From assembly GCA_964482025.1 (NCBI GenBank), contig CAYZVN010000011.1, forward strand, positions 18,363-42,362: a stretch of 24,000 nt of DNA, read 5' to 3'. The notes beneath the pieces were generated by a model. The model saw nothing but the letters and a program-made list of their open reading frames with translations, made no database searches and had not been told where the DNA came from. Below are positions 8,227-17,114 of this stretch, piece by piece (within the stretch, counting starts at the first letter, position 1; every line of letters starts with the position of its first letter). Source of the stretch: an uncultured Saccharophagus sp. GTDB lineage: Bacteria; Pseudomonadota; Gammaproteobacteria; Pseudomonadales; Cellvibrionaceae. Position numbers and translations under genes: made by a program.

Positions 8227-9033
8227 TTAGGTCGCCTCCACTTGGACACGCTCGCCGTCGTCCAAGCGCAACATGGTAAGCTTGCCGCCCCAGACGCACC
8301 CGGTATCGAGGGCAATAAAATGCGGTTTGTTGGTGCGGCCTTCTAGCGCGGCCCAATGGCCGAACAGAAATACCGTGTAGCGATCCGCGTCGGCGCGCGG
8401 GTAGTCGTACCAGGGGAGCATGCCTGGGGGAGCCTGGTTGCTGGATGTTTTCGCGGCAAAGTCGAGGCTGCCGTCGGGTGCGACAAAGCGCATCCGGGTG
8501 CAGTAGTTGACGATCACTCGCAAGCGGTCATGGCCGCTCAAGTTCGGGTCCCAGCGAGCGGGTTCGTTGCCATACATGTTTTGCAAAAAGGCGCGATAGT
8601 CCGGCTGGCGCAGGCGTGCTGCCACTTCTGCGGCGTAATCCGCGGCCTCGGCGACACTCCAGATATGGGGGATGCCGGCGTGGCTGAGGACATAGGGGCC
8701 TTCTCGATGTAGCAGTGGCTGCTGGCGCAGCCAGTCGAGCAGTTCATCCCGGTCGGGGGCCTTGAGTATGTCGCGCAGAGTGTCCTTCTTTCCCGGTTTG
8801 CGCGCCTGTGCGTCTACGCCCAATAAGTGCAAATCGTGATTGCCAAGTACGGTCAGCGCGCGCGCGCCAAGATTTTTGATAAAGCGCAGTGTATTGAGAT
8901 TATCCGGGCCGCGATTGACCAGATCTCCAGCGAGCCAAAGTCGATCATGATCGGGATCAAAGGCGGCTTTGTCGAGCAGGCGGCGAAAGGCGTCGTAGCA
9001 GCCTTGGATATCCCCCATCACGTAAGTGCCCAT
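8227..9033 (-). CDS. apaH: Bis(5'-nucleosyl)-tetraphosphatase, symmetrical (Ap4A hydrolase)
   Basis: Metallophosphatase motifs are present: GDIQGCYD, GDLVNRGPD and GNHD. The gene follows apaG, as in the conserved operon. I chose ATG 9033 (MGTYVMGD...) because it matches the usual ApaH N-terminus; the track start at 9045 is a TTG. Confidence 0.9.
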   Translation of the reverse strand: MGTYVMGDIQGCYDAFRRLLDKAAFDPDHDRLWLAGDLVNRGPDNLNTLRFIKNLGARALTVLGNHDLHLLGVDAQARKPGKKDTLRDILKAPDRDELLDWLRQQPLLHREGPYVLSHAGIPHIWSVAEAADYAAEVAARLRQPDYRAFLQNMYGNEPARWDPNLSGHDRLRVIVNYCTRMRFVAPDGSLDFAAKTSSNQAPPGMLPWYDYPRADADRYTVFLFGHWAALEGRTNKPHFIALDTGCVWGGKLTMLRLDDGERVQVEAT

Positions 9034-9109
9034 GATTAGCGGCAACCTGCAGTAGGAGGTGCGAGATGGTTTGGCGAGACTTTATACATAACAGCAGTGA
9101 TATTCATCA

Positions 9110-9481
9110 TTAATGCAACAGATGCGGCGGTACCAGCGCAAAGGCCGGAATAGGCGCTTCAAAAGCCGCCCCCGAGGCGGTGCGCATTTGATAGGTGCCG
9201 GTCATGGTGCCCGTTTCGGTGGGCAACACCACGCCGCTGCTGTAGGTATAGCTGGCGCCGGGTTCAAGATTGGGCTGCTGACCCACCACGCCCATGCCTT
9301 TGACTTCTTGTACCGCGTTGTCACCGTCGGTAATCACCCAGTGGCGGCTGATCAACTGGGCGTCTTCGGTGCCGCGATTGGTCAGGGTGATGGTATAGCT
9401 GAAGACAAAGCGATCCTCGTCCGGCACAGACTGTTCGACCAGATACTGAGTTTTTACCGAGATATCGATGGGGTGTGTCAT
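9110..9481 (-). CDS. apaG: ApaG (DUF525) protein
   Basis: MTHPIDISVKTQYLVEQSVPDEDRFVFSYTITLTNRG...SRHWVITDG is a typical ApaG sequence of 123 aa. The start ATG (9481..9479) overlaps the rsmA stop TGA (9480..9478) as ATGA. The upstream part of the track ORF (9482..9616) lies inside rsmA. Confidence 0.9.
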   Translation of the reverse strand: MTHPIDISVKTQYLVEQSVPDEDRFVFSYTITLTNRGTEDAQLISRHWVITDGDNAVQEVKGMGVVGQQPNLEPGASYTYSSGVVLPTETGTMTGTYQMRTASGAAFEAPIPAFALVPPHLLH

Positions 9482-10290
9482 AAACTCGTGGCTCCGCTGG
9501 AGCGGAAGGATTGTAAATGGTTTGCCAGGGCGACGTAATCCCGCACGCTGAGGTTTTCCGGGCGCTGCTGCGGATCTATATCGATGTGCTGCCACATGTC
9601 GGCATCGGGCAGCCATTGCTTTAAAGCGTTGCGTAAGGTTTTACGGCGCTGTTGGAAGGCGGACTTTACCAGGTTGTCCAGCAGCTTATGGTCGGCGGCG
9701 GGAAAGGGCAGTTGAGAGTGGGGGGTGAGTCGCACAATTGCCGAATCCACCTTGGGTGCCGGGCGGAAGCAGCCGGGGCCCACCTCAAAAAGAAACTCCA
9801 CCGAACAGTAGTACTGACACATGATGCTGAGGCGGCCGTAATCTTTATTGTCCGGCTCCGCCGCCATGCGCTCCACCACTTCTTTTTGCAGCATAAAATG
9901 CATGTCGGCAACCTGCTCGCGATAGCTCAGCAGGTGGAACAGCAAGGGAGTGGAGATGTTATACGGCAGATTGCCCACCACCCGCAGGCGCTCGCCCTCG
10001 GGAATGAGTTGCGCAAAGTCGAACTTAAGCGCATCGGCGGCGTGAATGGTGAAGTCCGGATAGGTGGAAAATTGCGCCTGCAGCCGTGGAATCAGGTCGC
10101 GATCCAGCTCCACCACGTGCAGGCTGGGGCAGGCGCGGAGCAACTCGCCGGTGATGGCGCCTTGACCGGGGCCGATTTCTACTAAGTGGTCGCTCGCTTT
10201 CGGGTGAACCGCGCGCACTATGCGTTGAATGATGTTGGCGTCCACCAGAAAGTTCTGGCCGAAGCGCTTGCGGGCTTGATGCTCGTACAT
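9478..10290 (-). CDS. rsmA: 16S rRNA (adenine1518/1519-N6)-dimethyltransferase
   Basis: The FGQNFL motif, the SAM-binding VEIGPGQGAIT and NLPYNISTP are all present. The position between pdxA and apaG matches the conserved operon. Confidence 0.95.
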   Translation of the reverse strand: MYEHQARKRFGQNFLVDANIIQRIVRAVHPKASDHLVEIGPGQGAITGELLRACPSLHVVELDRDLIPRLQAQFSTYPDFTIHAADALKFDFAQLIPEGERLRVVGNLPYNISTPLLFHLLSYREQVADMHFMLQKEVVERMAAEPDNKDYGRLSIMCQYYCSVEFLFEVGPGCFRPAPKVDSAIVRLTPHSQLPFPAADHKLLDNLVKSAFQQRRKTLRNALKQWLPDADMWQHIDIDPQQRPENLSVRDYVALANHLQSFRSSGATSL

Positions 10291-10299
10291 AGGGAGATC

Positions 10300-11298
10300 C
10301 TAGCGGCGACTGGCGACCATGTTTTGTGCCGTTGCCAATGCGGTTTGCAGGCTGCCGAGATCGGCGCGACCGGTACCCGCTAAGTCCAGCGCGGTGCCGT
10401 GATCGACAGAGGTGCGAATAAAGGGCAGCCCCAAAGTGATATTCACGGCCGCGCCAAAGCCCTTGTGCTTGAGCACCGGCAGGCCTTGATCGTGGTACAT
10501 GGCGAGCACTGCGTCGGCGCTTTCCAGGTGGCGCGGTGTAAACAGAGTGTCGGCGGGCAGGGCATCGCTCAGTTGCCAGCCGTGGTGCTGGCGCAAATGG
10601 GTAATCACCGGGTTGATGATCTCCAGCTCTTCGCGGCCCAAATGTCCGCCTTCACCCGCGTGCGGGTTGAGGCCACAGATCAGAATGCGCGGCTGCGCAA
10701 TACCGAATTGGCTTACCAAGTCGCGATGCAGAATTTCGATGGTGCGAGTGAGCCCTGCCGGGGTGATGGCGTCGGCGACTTGGCGCAGGGGCAAGTGCGT
10801 GGTGGCTAAGGCAACGCGCAGACCTTCGCAGGCCAGCATCATCACGACTTGGTCGCACTGACTGCGCTCGGCAAAAAACTCGGTATGGCCGGAAAAAGCG
10901 ATGCCGGCATCGTTGATGATGCCCTTGTGTACCGGGCCAGTGACCAGGGCGTCGCAGGTTTTGTCCAAGCACAGGTCGGTGGCGGTCGCCAGGGTGTCGA
11001 GAACGTAGGCGGCATTGTCGCGGTTGAGCTGCCCGGCGATGACCGGTTGCCGCAGCGCCACCGGGGCGACACTGAGCTTGCCCCGGCCGGACAGGGTGGG
11101 CGAGTCCGCTGCGAAGACTTCAAGACTGAGGGGCAGCTGCAGCTGTTGCGCGGTCTGCCGCAGCAGCTCTGGATCCGCCACCGCGACCAGTTCTACCGGG
11201 TCGAGGGCTTCCTGCGCCAGACGCACCACCAGTTCCGGCCCTATGCCGGCCGGTTCTCCGGGCGTGAGCGCAATGCGGGGCGGCGAAGCGTTACTCAC
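10300..11298 (-). CDS. pdxA: 4-hydroxythreonine-4-phosphate dehydrogenase
   Basis: Motifs present are [50 protein letters not shown] and [16 protein letters not shown] place the start at GTG 11298..11296 ([16 protein letters not shown]...). This gives 332 aa and an 8-nt overlap with the surA stop. The longer track ORF (to 11583) runs inside surA. Confidence 0.88.
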   Translation of the reverse strand: MSNASPPRIALTPGEPAGIGPELVVRLAQEALDPVELVAVADPELLRQTAQQLQLPLSLEVFAADSPTLSGRGKLSVAPVALRQPVIAGQLNRDNAAYVLDTLATATDLCLDKTCDALVTGPVHKGIINDAGIAFSGHTEFFAERSQCDQVVMMLACEGLRVALATTHLPLRQVADAITPAGLTRTIEILHRDLVSQFGIAQPRILICGLNPHAGEGGHLGREELEIINPVITHLRQHHGWQLSDALPADTLFTPRHLESADAVLAMYHDQGLPVLKHKGFGAAVNITLGLPFIRTSVDHGTALDLAGTGRADLGSLQTALATAQNMVASRR

Positions 11299-12604
11299 TG
11301 GCGGTTTCCGCTTCAATTTTGATGTTGATGTAGGCTTCATCGCGCAGCTCGCGCAGCCAAATCTGCAGTTCATCTTCAAAGCGGCGGCTGGTGAGAATGC
11401 GCGCGGCTTTGTCGCGCAGCACGTCGTCGGTAATGTCTTCCTGACGGCGCTCTTCAACCTGCAGGATATGCCAGCCAAATTGGCTGCGGAACGGACGGCT
11501 GATCTCGCCGATTTCCATTTGCGCCATAGTGTTTTCGAACTCCGCGACGAACATCCCGGGCCTGCTCCAACCCAGGTCGCCACCGGCGAGCATCGAGCCT
11601 ATATCTTCGGAGTGCTCTTTGGCTAAGGCGCCAAAATCTTCACCGTCGAGAATGCGCTGGCGCAGCTTTTCCAATTTGGCTTTGGCCTGTTCATCGGTGA
11701 GGATGGCCGAGGGCTTGAGCAAGATGTGGCGCGCCTTGGTCTGCTGCTCGGTTTGCTGCTCGCCACCGCGTTTGTTGTAGACCTTGAGGATATGAAAACC
11801 GGCCGGGCTGCGCGCCGGTTCGGACACATCGCCGGCCTCTAAGGGTGGCAGCATGTCGGCAAATAGGCTGGGCAGATCGCTGGTTTTGCGCCAGCCCAAA
11901 TCGCCGCCGCTGAGCGCCGCAGGACCGTCGGATTCGGCTATGGCCACTTCGGCAAAATTGGCGCCGGCACGAATTTTTTGCACCAGTTCAGCCGCTTTTT
12001 GCTGAGCTGCCTCTACCTCTTCGGCGCTGGCCGCTTGCGACAGGCTGATCAGAATGTGGCCGAGCTGATACTCTGGGGAGATCCAGAATTTCGCGTCTGC
12101 CGACTTAAGGAAGTTATCGATTTCCAGCGGCGAAATATGAATACGCTGCTGCACCATCGCCTGCTGGACTTGTTGGAGCGTAATGTCGTGACGCAGCTTC
12201 TCCCGCAGCTCGGCCAGGCTCATGCCGTCTTTTTCCAGTTGCGCGATAAATTGCTCCGGGGACAGTTGGTTCGACTGGCGAACTTGCTCGACGGCTCTAT
12301 TGACCTGCTCATCGCTCACCTGGAAGCCGATGCGCTGGGCGATTTGCAGCTGCAAGTGCTCGCCGATCAGGTGATCCAGAACCTGCTTGCGCAGGGACTC
12401 TATGTCCGGCAGGGACAGATTGTTGGCACGCGCGTTATGCACGACTTGGAACAGGCGCTCGTCCAACTCGCTTTGCATAATCACACCTTTGTCCACTACG
12501 GCAATCACTTTGTCCAGCGGTTGTGGCTCGGCGTGGCCGACACTGGCAAACGAGAAAATAGCGGCGAGAAGAAGACTGGAAACGGTTTTATTCATAGGTG
12601 ACAT
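11291..12604 (-). CDS. surA: Periplasmic chaperone / peptidyl-prolyl isomerase SurA
   Basis: A signal peptide is present (...[17 protein letters not shown]). Two parvulin-type PPIase domains are present ([13 protein letters not shown] and [13 protein letters not shown]). The gene lies between lptD and pdxA. Confidence 0.92.
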   Translation of the reverse strand: MSPMNKTVSSLLLAAIFSFASVGHAEPQPLDKVIAVVDKGVIMQSELDERLFQVVHNARANNLSLPDIESLRKQVLDHLIGEHLQLQIAQRIGFQVSDEQVNRAVEQVRQSNQLSPEQFIAQLEKDGMSLAELREKLRHDITLQQVQQAMVQQRIHISPLEIDNFLKSADAKFWISPEYQLGHILISLSQAASAEEVEAAQQKAAELVQKIRAGANFAEVAIAESDGPAALSGGDLGWRKTSDLPSLFADMLPPLEAGDVSEPARSPAGFHILKVYNKRGGEQQTEQQTKARHILLKPSAILTDEQAKAKLEKLRQRILDGEDFGALAKEHSEDIGSMLAGGDLGWSRPGMFVAEFENTMAQMEIGEISRPFRSQFGWHILQVEERRQEDITDDVLRDKAARILTSRRFEDELQIWLRELRDEAYINIKIEAETASE

Positions 12605-12617
12605 CTGTTCAGGGGCT

Positions 12618-15041
12618 TCAGTCGCGGAAGCCGGGAATGGTTTCGGTCAAAAGTTTTTGTACGCGGTTACCGGAGCTGGCCAGACCCTTGAGATCAATCT
12701 CAAGAAAGATGCCGTCGTCATAAAAACGCCGCTCATCATTGTCTAGCGCTATCGCCAGTTTGCTGTCGAGCCAGCGCCGTGCCAGCACTCGTAGCCGGTA
12801 GCAACAATCGTCGTATTCGAAGCCGATGAAGGCATCGAGTTCCCGCTTTTGGTCCAGGTCGTAGAACAGTCGGCCGACCACTTGCCACTGCTCGCCGAAC
12901 GGCAAAGCGAAGGAGGTATCGAGCTGATCCACCGCCAGGGTCGAGCGCTCAATGAGGTCCGCGCGCACGTAGCGGTAATCCAAGCGCAAGCGCCGGCGGG
13001 AATCGTCGCTGTACTCCAGCCCGGTAGTGGCGCGCATCACTTGGGCGCTTTCGGGGTTGTAGAGGAAATCGCCGCGCAGGCGCAGCGAGTCTGAGACGCG
13101 GGCGGAGATCTTGGTGGCCAGATCCGACTCTTCAATGGTCTGGGCACTGTCATTATGGGTCAGAGATACTTTGCGGTCGCGGAAGTAGATCACTTGCCCC
13201 AGGCTGACCGACGCCAGCGTAGTGCTCAAGTCACTGCTCAACCAGCGGGAGGTGATGCCGATGGCCAGCTGGTCCGCGTCCCCCAAACGGTCGCCACCGA
13301 CGAATCGCCGGTCGCGAAACAGGTGGTCATAGCCGAAGGTCAGCAAAGTGGTATCGAAGTTCACGTCCTGAGACGTGGCGGTATCGCCGGGTGATACCGA
13401 GTAGAGCGCGCTGTGGTCGGTGTGGTCTCTATATAAATAGAAGAGGCGGGGCTCCAGCGTCTGGCGACCGTTGTCGCGGTCAAAATATAACCCCGTGTCG
13501 AGGCTGAAATAGGGCGCGCTCAAAGTGGGCGTGGCATCGGCGCTGGGCAGTAATTGCTCGCGATCCAGCTCATAAGCGATCGCCTGAAATCCGGCCGCCG
13601 GTCGCACAAAGCCCCACTGCCATTGCTCGTTCCACGCTAATGAGTAATCCGTATTGGCGCGTTGGCCGGTGATAAACGAAGCGTCTTGGTTGGTGAACTT
13701 GACCCACTCGTTGCTCAGCGACAGGCCGAGCTTGCCCCAATGATAGCGGCCATTGGCCTGAAGGCGCGGCAGCTGGCGGTACGCCGAGGGGACATCCAAC
13801 AGTAAGTTTTGGAAAGACTGGACGCGGGCGCTGATGTTCCAGTTATCCAGGTGGTAGCCGAGGATGGCCTCCTGGTTAAGAAAGGTGTTGTTGGCGGCGG
13901 TGAAGCTCTCTGGCTGCAAGTCGCGGAAGTAGTCCACGTCGCTGACCTTGGCGTAATCCACATCGGTGTACCAGCGAGTGTTGCGGCCGCCGTCGTGCTC
14001 AAAGTTGATCAGCCAGCGGTTCTCCCCTTTGTAAGGGCGCAGGCTGTCTTCGCTGTGGCCTTCGGCAATCAGGCGGTCAATGTCGGGGTCGCCGCCGCCT
14101 TTATCGTTGTGAAGCCCGGCCAAGTTGAGCACGTTCATCGAGTAGTGATTGAGATAGCGCCACTCGGTTTCCAGCATGGCACCGTGGCCTTCGGCGAAGC
14201 GGGGGGCGAGAATGGCGTCGTAGTTGGGCGCTATGTTCCAGTACCAGGGCAGGGTAAGGTCGATGCCGCCCTCGCTGGTGCTGACGGAGGGCACCAACAA
14301 TCCGGATTGACGCTGATCGCCCACCGGAAAGGTAATATAAGGTGCGTAGAGTATGGGGAGGCCCGCGACCTGCACCACCACGCCCCGGCCGCTGCCCTGC
14401 TGCGTATTGGGGTCGACGGTCAAGCGGCGGCCCTTGATCAGCCAGGATTCGCGCCCCGGCTCGCAGCTGGTGATCTTGCCGTTTTGGAGCACCACAACGC
14501 CGTCGGGGCGATGCTCGATGCTGCCGGCACTGCCGCGCATATGCTGCTCGTGCAGCACGAATTCGCCCCCGGTAAAGCGTGCGCCTTGACCAGCCATATC
14601 CACTTCGGCGCCGGTGCCGCGCACCAGCAGGCCGGGCTGGCGGATCTCCACGCCGCCGGACATGCTCGCCTGATCGGTGGCTTTGTCGAAGGACATGTAT
14701 TGGGTTTGAATTTGCCGATTGCCCTGGCTGATGCTGACGTCGCCTTCCAGCAGAATTTTGTCGGCCGCCATCTCACTGCGGCCGGCTTCTAAGTGGATTG
14801 GAGAATGGGCCGGGTCGCCGTCATTGCGCTCGGCCATAGGATCGATATAACGACCGCGGCAGGCGTAAGAGCGCTCTCGCTGTTGCTCCGGCGTCAGCTC
14901 TTCCGCCGGGATCCAATCATAATGCTGAGGTTCTACATCTGCCCAAACCTTGCCGCCACCCAGCAGGCAACCCAGCAATCCCAAGGTGGAGCCGAGGCGG
15001 TAAAACAGCGATTGATGTATCGACGGAAATCGTTTTGCCAA
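12618..15041 (-). CDS. lptD: LPS-assembly outer-membrane protein LptD (OstA/Imp)
   Basis: The 807-aa protein has an N-terminal signal-like segment, an OstA-type N-terminal domain (LEGDVSISQGNRQIQTQYMSF...VEIRQPGLLVRG) and a long aromatic-rich beta-barrel C-terminal region. It lies immediately upstream of surA. The longest-ORF start is a TTG (15041..15039) with no clear RBS. Confidence 0.9.
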   Translation of the reverse strand: MAKRFPSIHQSLFYRLGSTLGLLGCLLGGGKVWADVEPQHYDWIPAEELTPEQQRERSYACRGRYIDPMAERNDGDPAHSPIHLEAGRSEMAADKILLEGDVSISQGNRQIQTQYMSFDKATDQASMSGGVEIRQPGLLVRGTGAEVDMAGQGARFTGGEFVLHEQHMRGSAGSIEHRPDGVVVLQNGKITSCEPGRESWLIKGRRLTVDPNTQQGSGRGVVVQVAGLPILYAPYITFPVGDQRQSGLLVPSVSTSEGGIDLTLPWYWNIAPNYDAILAPRFAEGHGAMLETEWRYLNHYSMNVLNLAGLHNDKGGGDPDIDRLIAEGHSEDSLRPYKGENRWLINFEHDGGRNTRWYTDVDYAKVSDVDYFRDLQPESFTAANNTFLNQEAILGYHLDNWNISARVQSFQNLLLDVPSAYRQLPRLQANGRYHWGKLGLSLSNEWVKFTNQDASFITGQRANTDYSLAWNEQWQWGFVRPAAGFQAIAYELDREQLLPSADATPTLSAPYFSLDTGLYFDRDNGRQTLEPRLFYLYRDHTDHSALYSVSPGDTATSQDVNFDTTLLTFGYDHLFRDRRFVGGDRLGDADQLAIGITSRWLSSDLSTTLASVSLGQVIYFRDRKVSLTHNDSAQTIEESDLATKISARVSDSLRLRGDFLYNPESAQVMRATTGLEYSDDSRRRLRLDYRYVRADLIERSTLAVDQLDTSFALPFGEQWQVVGRLFYDLDQKRELDAFIGFEYDDCCYRLRVLARRWLDSKLAIALDNDERRFYDDGIFLEIDLKGLASSGNRVQKLLTETIPGFRD

Positions 15042-15230
15042 GCGGGAGTCCGGAAATTGCGGGTTTAAAGAAGGAGGCGATTGTAATGGCGCAGCTGCGG
15101 GATTACTACCGCTGCAGGGCGCCAGCGAGTGGGTTTACTGCGCCGCCTCCCTTGCCTTGCGCCCCGGCGCTGTATCATCCTAGGCGCTTGTGTCAGCCGC
15201 GTGCGCTGTCTTAGCTAAACGAGAAAATTC

Positions 15231-16292
15231 ATGTCGAACACCAGTGAAGACCTGCGTCAGTGGGTTGATGCCCAATGGCCGCACTTATCACTCAACGATT
15301 TTATGCTGAAGCCGGGGTTTCACGGCCCCAGCGCTGAGGCCCCAAAGTGGCAGGCGCTGGCCGGCGATGCCGGCTTTCGCCGTTACTTTCGCCTCGCCAG
15401 TGAGCCGCCCTTGTTGGCGGTGCTGTCGCCGCCGCAAACGGAACCCAATGAGGTGTTCCTCAAACTCGCCCGCCACTTGCGCCGCCACGGTGTACTCGCG
15501 CCCGCAATTGCCGCCATGGATCTCGAGCGCGGCTTTTTTCTGATCGAAGATTTGGGGCCGACTCTGCTTTTGCAGCAGTTAAATGACGACAGTGTGGAGG
15601 GGCTGTACGCCGAGGCCATGCACTGCCTGTTGCATATACAGCAGTGCCCAACTCAGGAGCTGAGCCTTCCGGTCTACAATCGCGACCGTCTGCGCGTGGA
15701 GATGAATGTCTTTTGCGAATGGTTTGTCCCGCAGTTGCTGGGCTATGAGCCCAACCTGGCGGAGTTGAAGATGCTCGACCGCTGGTTCACTCAGCTGGAA
15801 GATGTCGCGCTTGAGCAGCCGCAAGTGTTTGTTCATCGCGACTACCATTCGCGCAACTTGGTTTACCGCGAGGATGGTCCGCCAGGGGTGATCGACTTTC
15901 AGGATGCGGTGGTCGGTCCTATAACCTACGACCTGGTGTCTCTGTTGCGCGACTGTTACATCCGCTGGCCGGAAGCGCGGGTCCGGCGTTGGGCCGTGAG
16001 CTACGCCAATATCGCCATGGAATGTGGGCTGTTACCGCAGGTGAGCGAAGAGCGGTTTTTGCGTTGGTTTGACTGGATGGGCCTGCAGCGCCACATCAAA
16101 GTTCTCGGCGTCTTTGCCCGTCTATCACTGCGCGATCACAAGCACGGGTACCTGAACGATCTCCCCTTGGTTATCCGTTACACACTTGAGGTCGCCCGCC
16201 GCTACGAAGAAGCTGCGGAGTTTGTCGCTTGGTTTGAGGACAAATTGTTGCCGCGTATCGAGCAGCAACCCTGGTGGAGCCCCGTACCTTGA
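15231..16292 (+). CDS. amgK: Aminoglycoside-phosphotransferase-fold kinase, probable N-acetylmuramate/N-acetylglucosamine kinase
   Basis: The APH/kinase catalytic loop HRDYHSRNL and the metal-binding IDFQDA are present. The gene diverges from lptD and directly precedes a MurU-like gene, the arrangement known from Pseudomonas. Confidence 0.8.
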   Translation: MSNTSEDLRQWVDAQWPHLSLNDFMLKPGFHGPSAEAPKWQALAGDAGFRRYFRLASEPPLLAVLSPPQTEPNEVFLKLARHLRRHGVLAPAIAAMDLERGFFLIEDLGPTLLLQQLNDDSVEGLYAEAMHCLLHIQQCPTQELSLPVYNRDRLRVEMNVFCEWFVPQLLGYEPNLAELKMLDRWFTQLEDVALEQPQVFVHRDYHSRNLVYREDGPPGVIDFQDAVVGPITYDLVSLLRDCYIRWPEARVRRWAVSYANIAMECGLLPQVSEERFLRWFDWMGLQRHIKVLGVFARLSLRDHKHGYLNDLPLVIRYTLEVARRYEEAAEFVAWFEDKLLPRIEQQPWWSPVP

Positions 16293-16966
16293 AGGCAATG
16301 ATCCTCGCGGCCGGAGAGGGCCGGCGCATGCGACCGCTCACGCTGGAGACACCAAAACCCCTGCTGCAGGTTGGCGGGGTGAGCTTGCTCGAACACCATA
16401 TCCGTCGCCTGGCAGAAGCCGGAGTGCGGGATTTGGTCATCAACATTGCCTACCTAGGGGAGAAAATTCGTGCCGCTTTAGGTGACGGACAACGGCTGGG
16501 TGTGAGTATTCACTATTCGGAGGAGCCAGAACCCCTGGAAACAGCGGGGGCACTTTTGCAGGCGCTGCCACTGTTGGGCAGCGAACCATTTCTGCTGATT
16601 AACGGCGATGTCTGGACCGATTATCCCTTTGCCCAGCTCGCGCAGCAGTCCCTTTCCGTCCGCGGCCATTTGGTGCTGGTGCCCAACCCGCCGCACAAAA
16701 CAACGGGCGACTTTTCCCTCGACCCAACGGGTGCCGTCCAGATGTTAAATGACGCGGCCGGTGCCACCTTCAGCGGCATCAGTCTCTTATCCCCAGACTT
16801 GATCCGCGACTATCCCAACCCCCGCCGCCGCTTCCCGCTACGGGAAGTATTCGATTGGGCAATCCGCAATTCCGCACTCACCGGCGAGCTGTTTACCGGC
16901 ACTTGGTGTGATGTGGGCACGCCGGAGCGTTTAGCAGAACTCAATCACCCATCCGCTAAGCCCTAG
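16289..16966 (+). CDS. murU: N-acetylmuramate alpha-1-phosphate uridylyltransferase (sugar-nucleotidyltransferase fold)
   Basis: The N-terminal (M)KAMILAAGEGRRMRPLTLETPKPLL nucleotidyltransferase motif is present. A TTG start at 16289 overlaps the amgK TGA (16290..16292), reproduces the usual MKAMILAAG N-terminus, and has GGTGGAG about 10 nt upstream. The alternative start is ATG 16298. Confidence 0.8.
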   Translation: MKAMILAAGEGRRMRPLTLETPKPLLQVGGVSLLEHHIRRLAEAGVRDLVINIAYLGEKIRAALGDGQRLGVSIHYSEEPEPLETAGALLQALPLLGSEPFLLINGDVWTDYPFAQLAQQSLSVRGHLVLVPNPPHKTTGDFSLDPTGAVQMLNDAAGATFSGISLLSPDLIRDYPNPRRRFPLREVFDWAIRNSALTGELFTGTWCDVGTPERLAELNHPSAKP

Positions 16967-17114
16967 GCGCCTCCCATTTATCGCCTAGCGCAAGCGCACC
17001 AACTGCCTGGTCTATAGTTACAACAGCGCTTTGGCGCATAAAGCCGCTTCAAATTCACCCTGTTCACGCTTTTGCGACGGCTTTACAAAACCTTTTGTCC
17101 GCAGGCCGGCTTTT

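Noticed and set aside
8990-9033. ApaH motif I reads GDIQGC (Gln) instead of the GDVHGC (His) of E. coli ApaH. This could be read as a catalytic-site loss.
   Set aside because: From memory, GD(L/I)QGC is the normal form in Pseudomonas-type ApaH proteins. The remaining metallophosphatase motifs (GDLVNRG, GNHD) are intact. It is probably a lineage variant, not a pseudo-enzyme, but it should be confirmed by alignment.
9482-9616. N-terminal 45-codon extension of the apaG track ORF.
   Set aside because: It lies inside rsmA. The ApaG family starts close to MTHPIDI..., and the ATGA overlap with the rsmA stop is a typical coupled junction.
11299-11583. N-terminal 95-codon extension of the pdxA track ORF.
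   Set aside because: It lies inside the surA coding region and gives a basic, Cys/Ser-rich sequence unlike PdxA. The GTG at 11298 reproduces the usual short PdxA N-terminus before the [11 protein letters not shown] motif.
11015-12601. Plus-strand ORFs 11015..11626 (203 aa) and 11978..12601 (207 aa), antisense to pdxA and surA.
   Set aside because: Both sit opposite well-supported conserved genes. Leu/Gln-rich reverse-frame translations of this kind are expected by chance here.
13809-14792. 327-aa ORF on the plus strand, antisense to lptD.
   Set aside because: It lies entirely inside the strongly supported lptD gene. Its Ala/Gly/Val-rich low-complexity translation is typical of shadow ORFs in GC-rich DNA, and it has no recognisable motifs or RBS.
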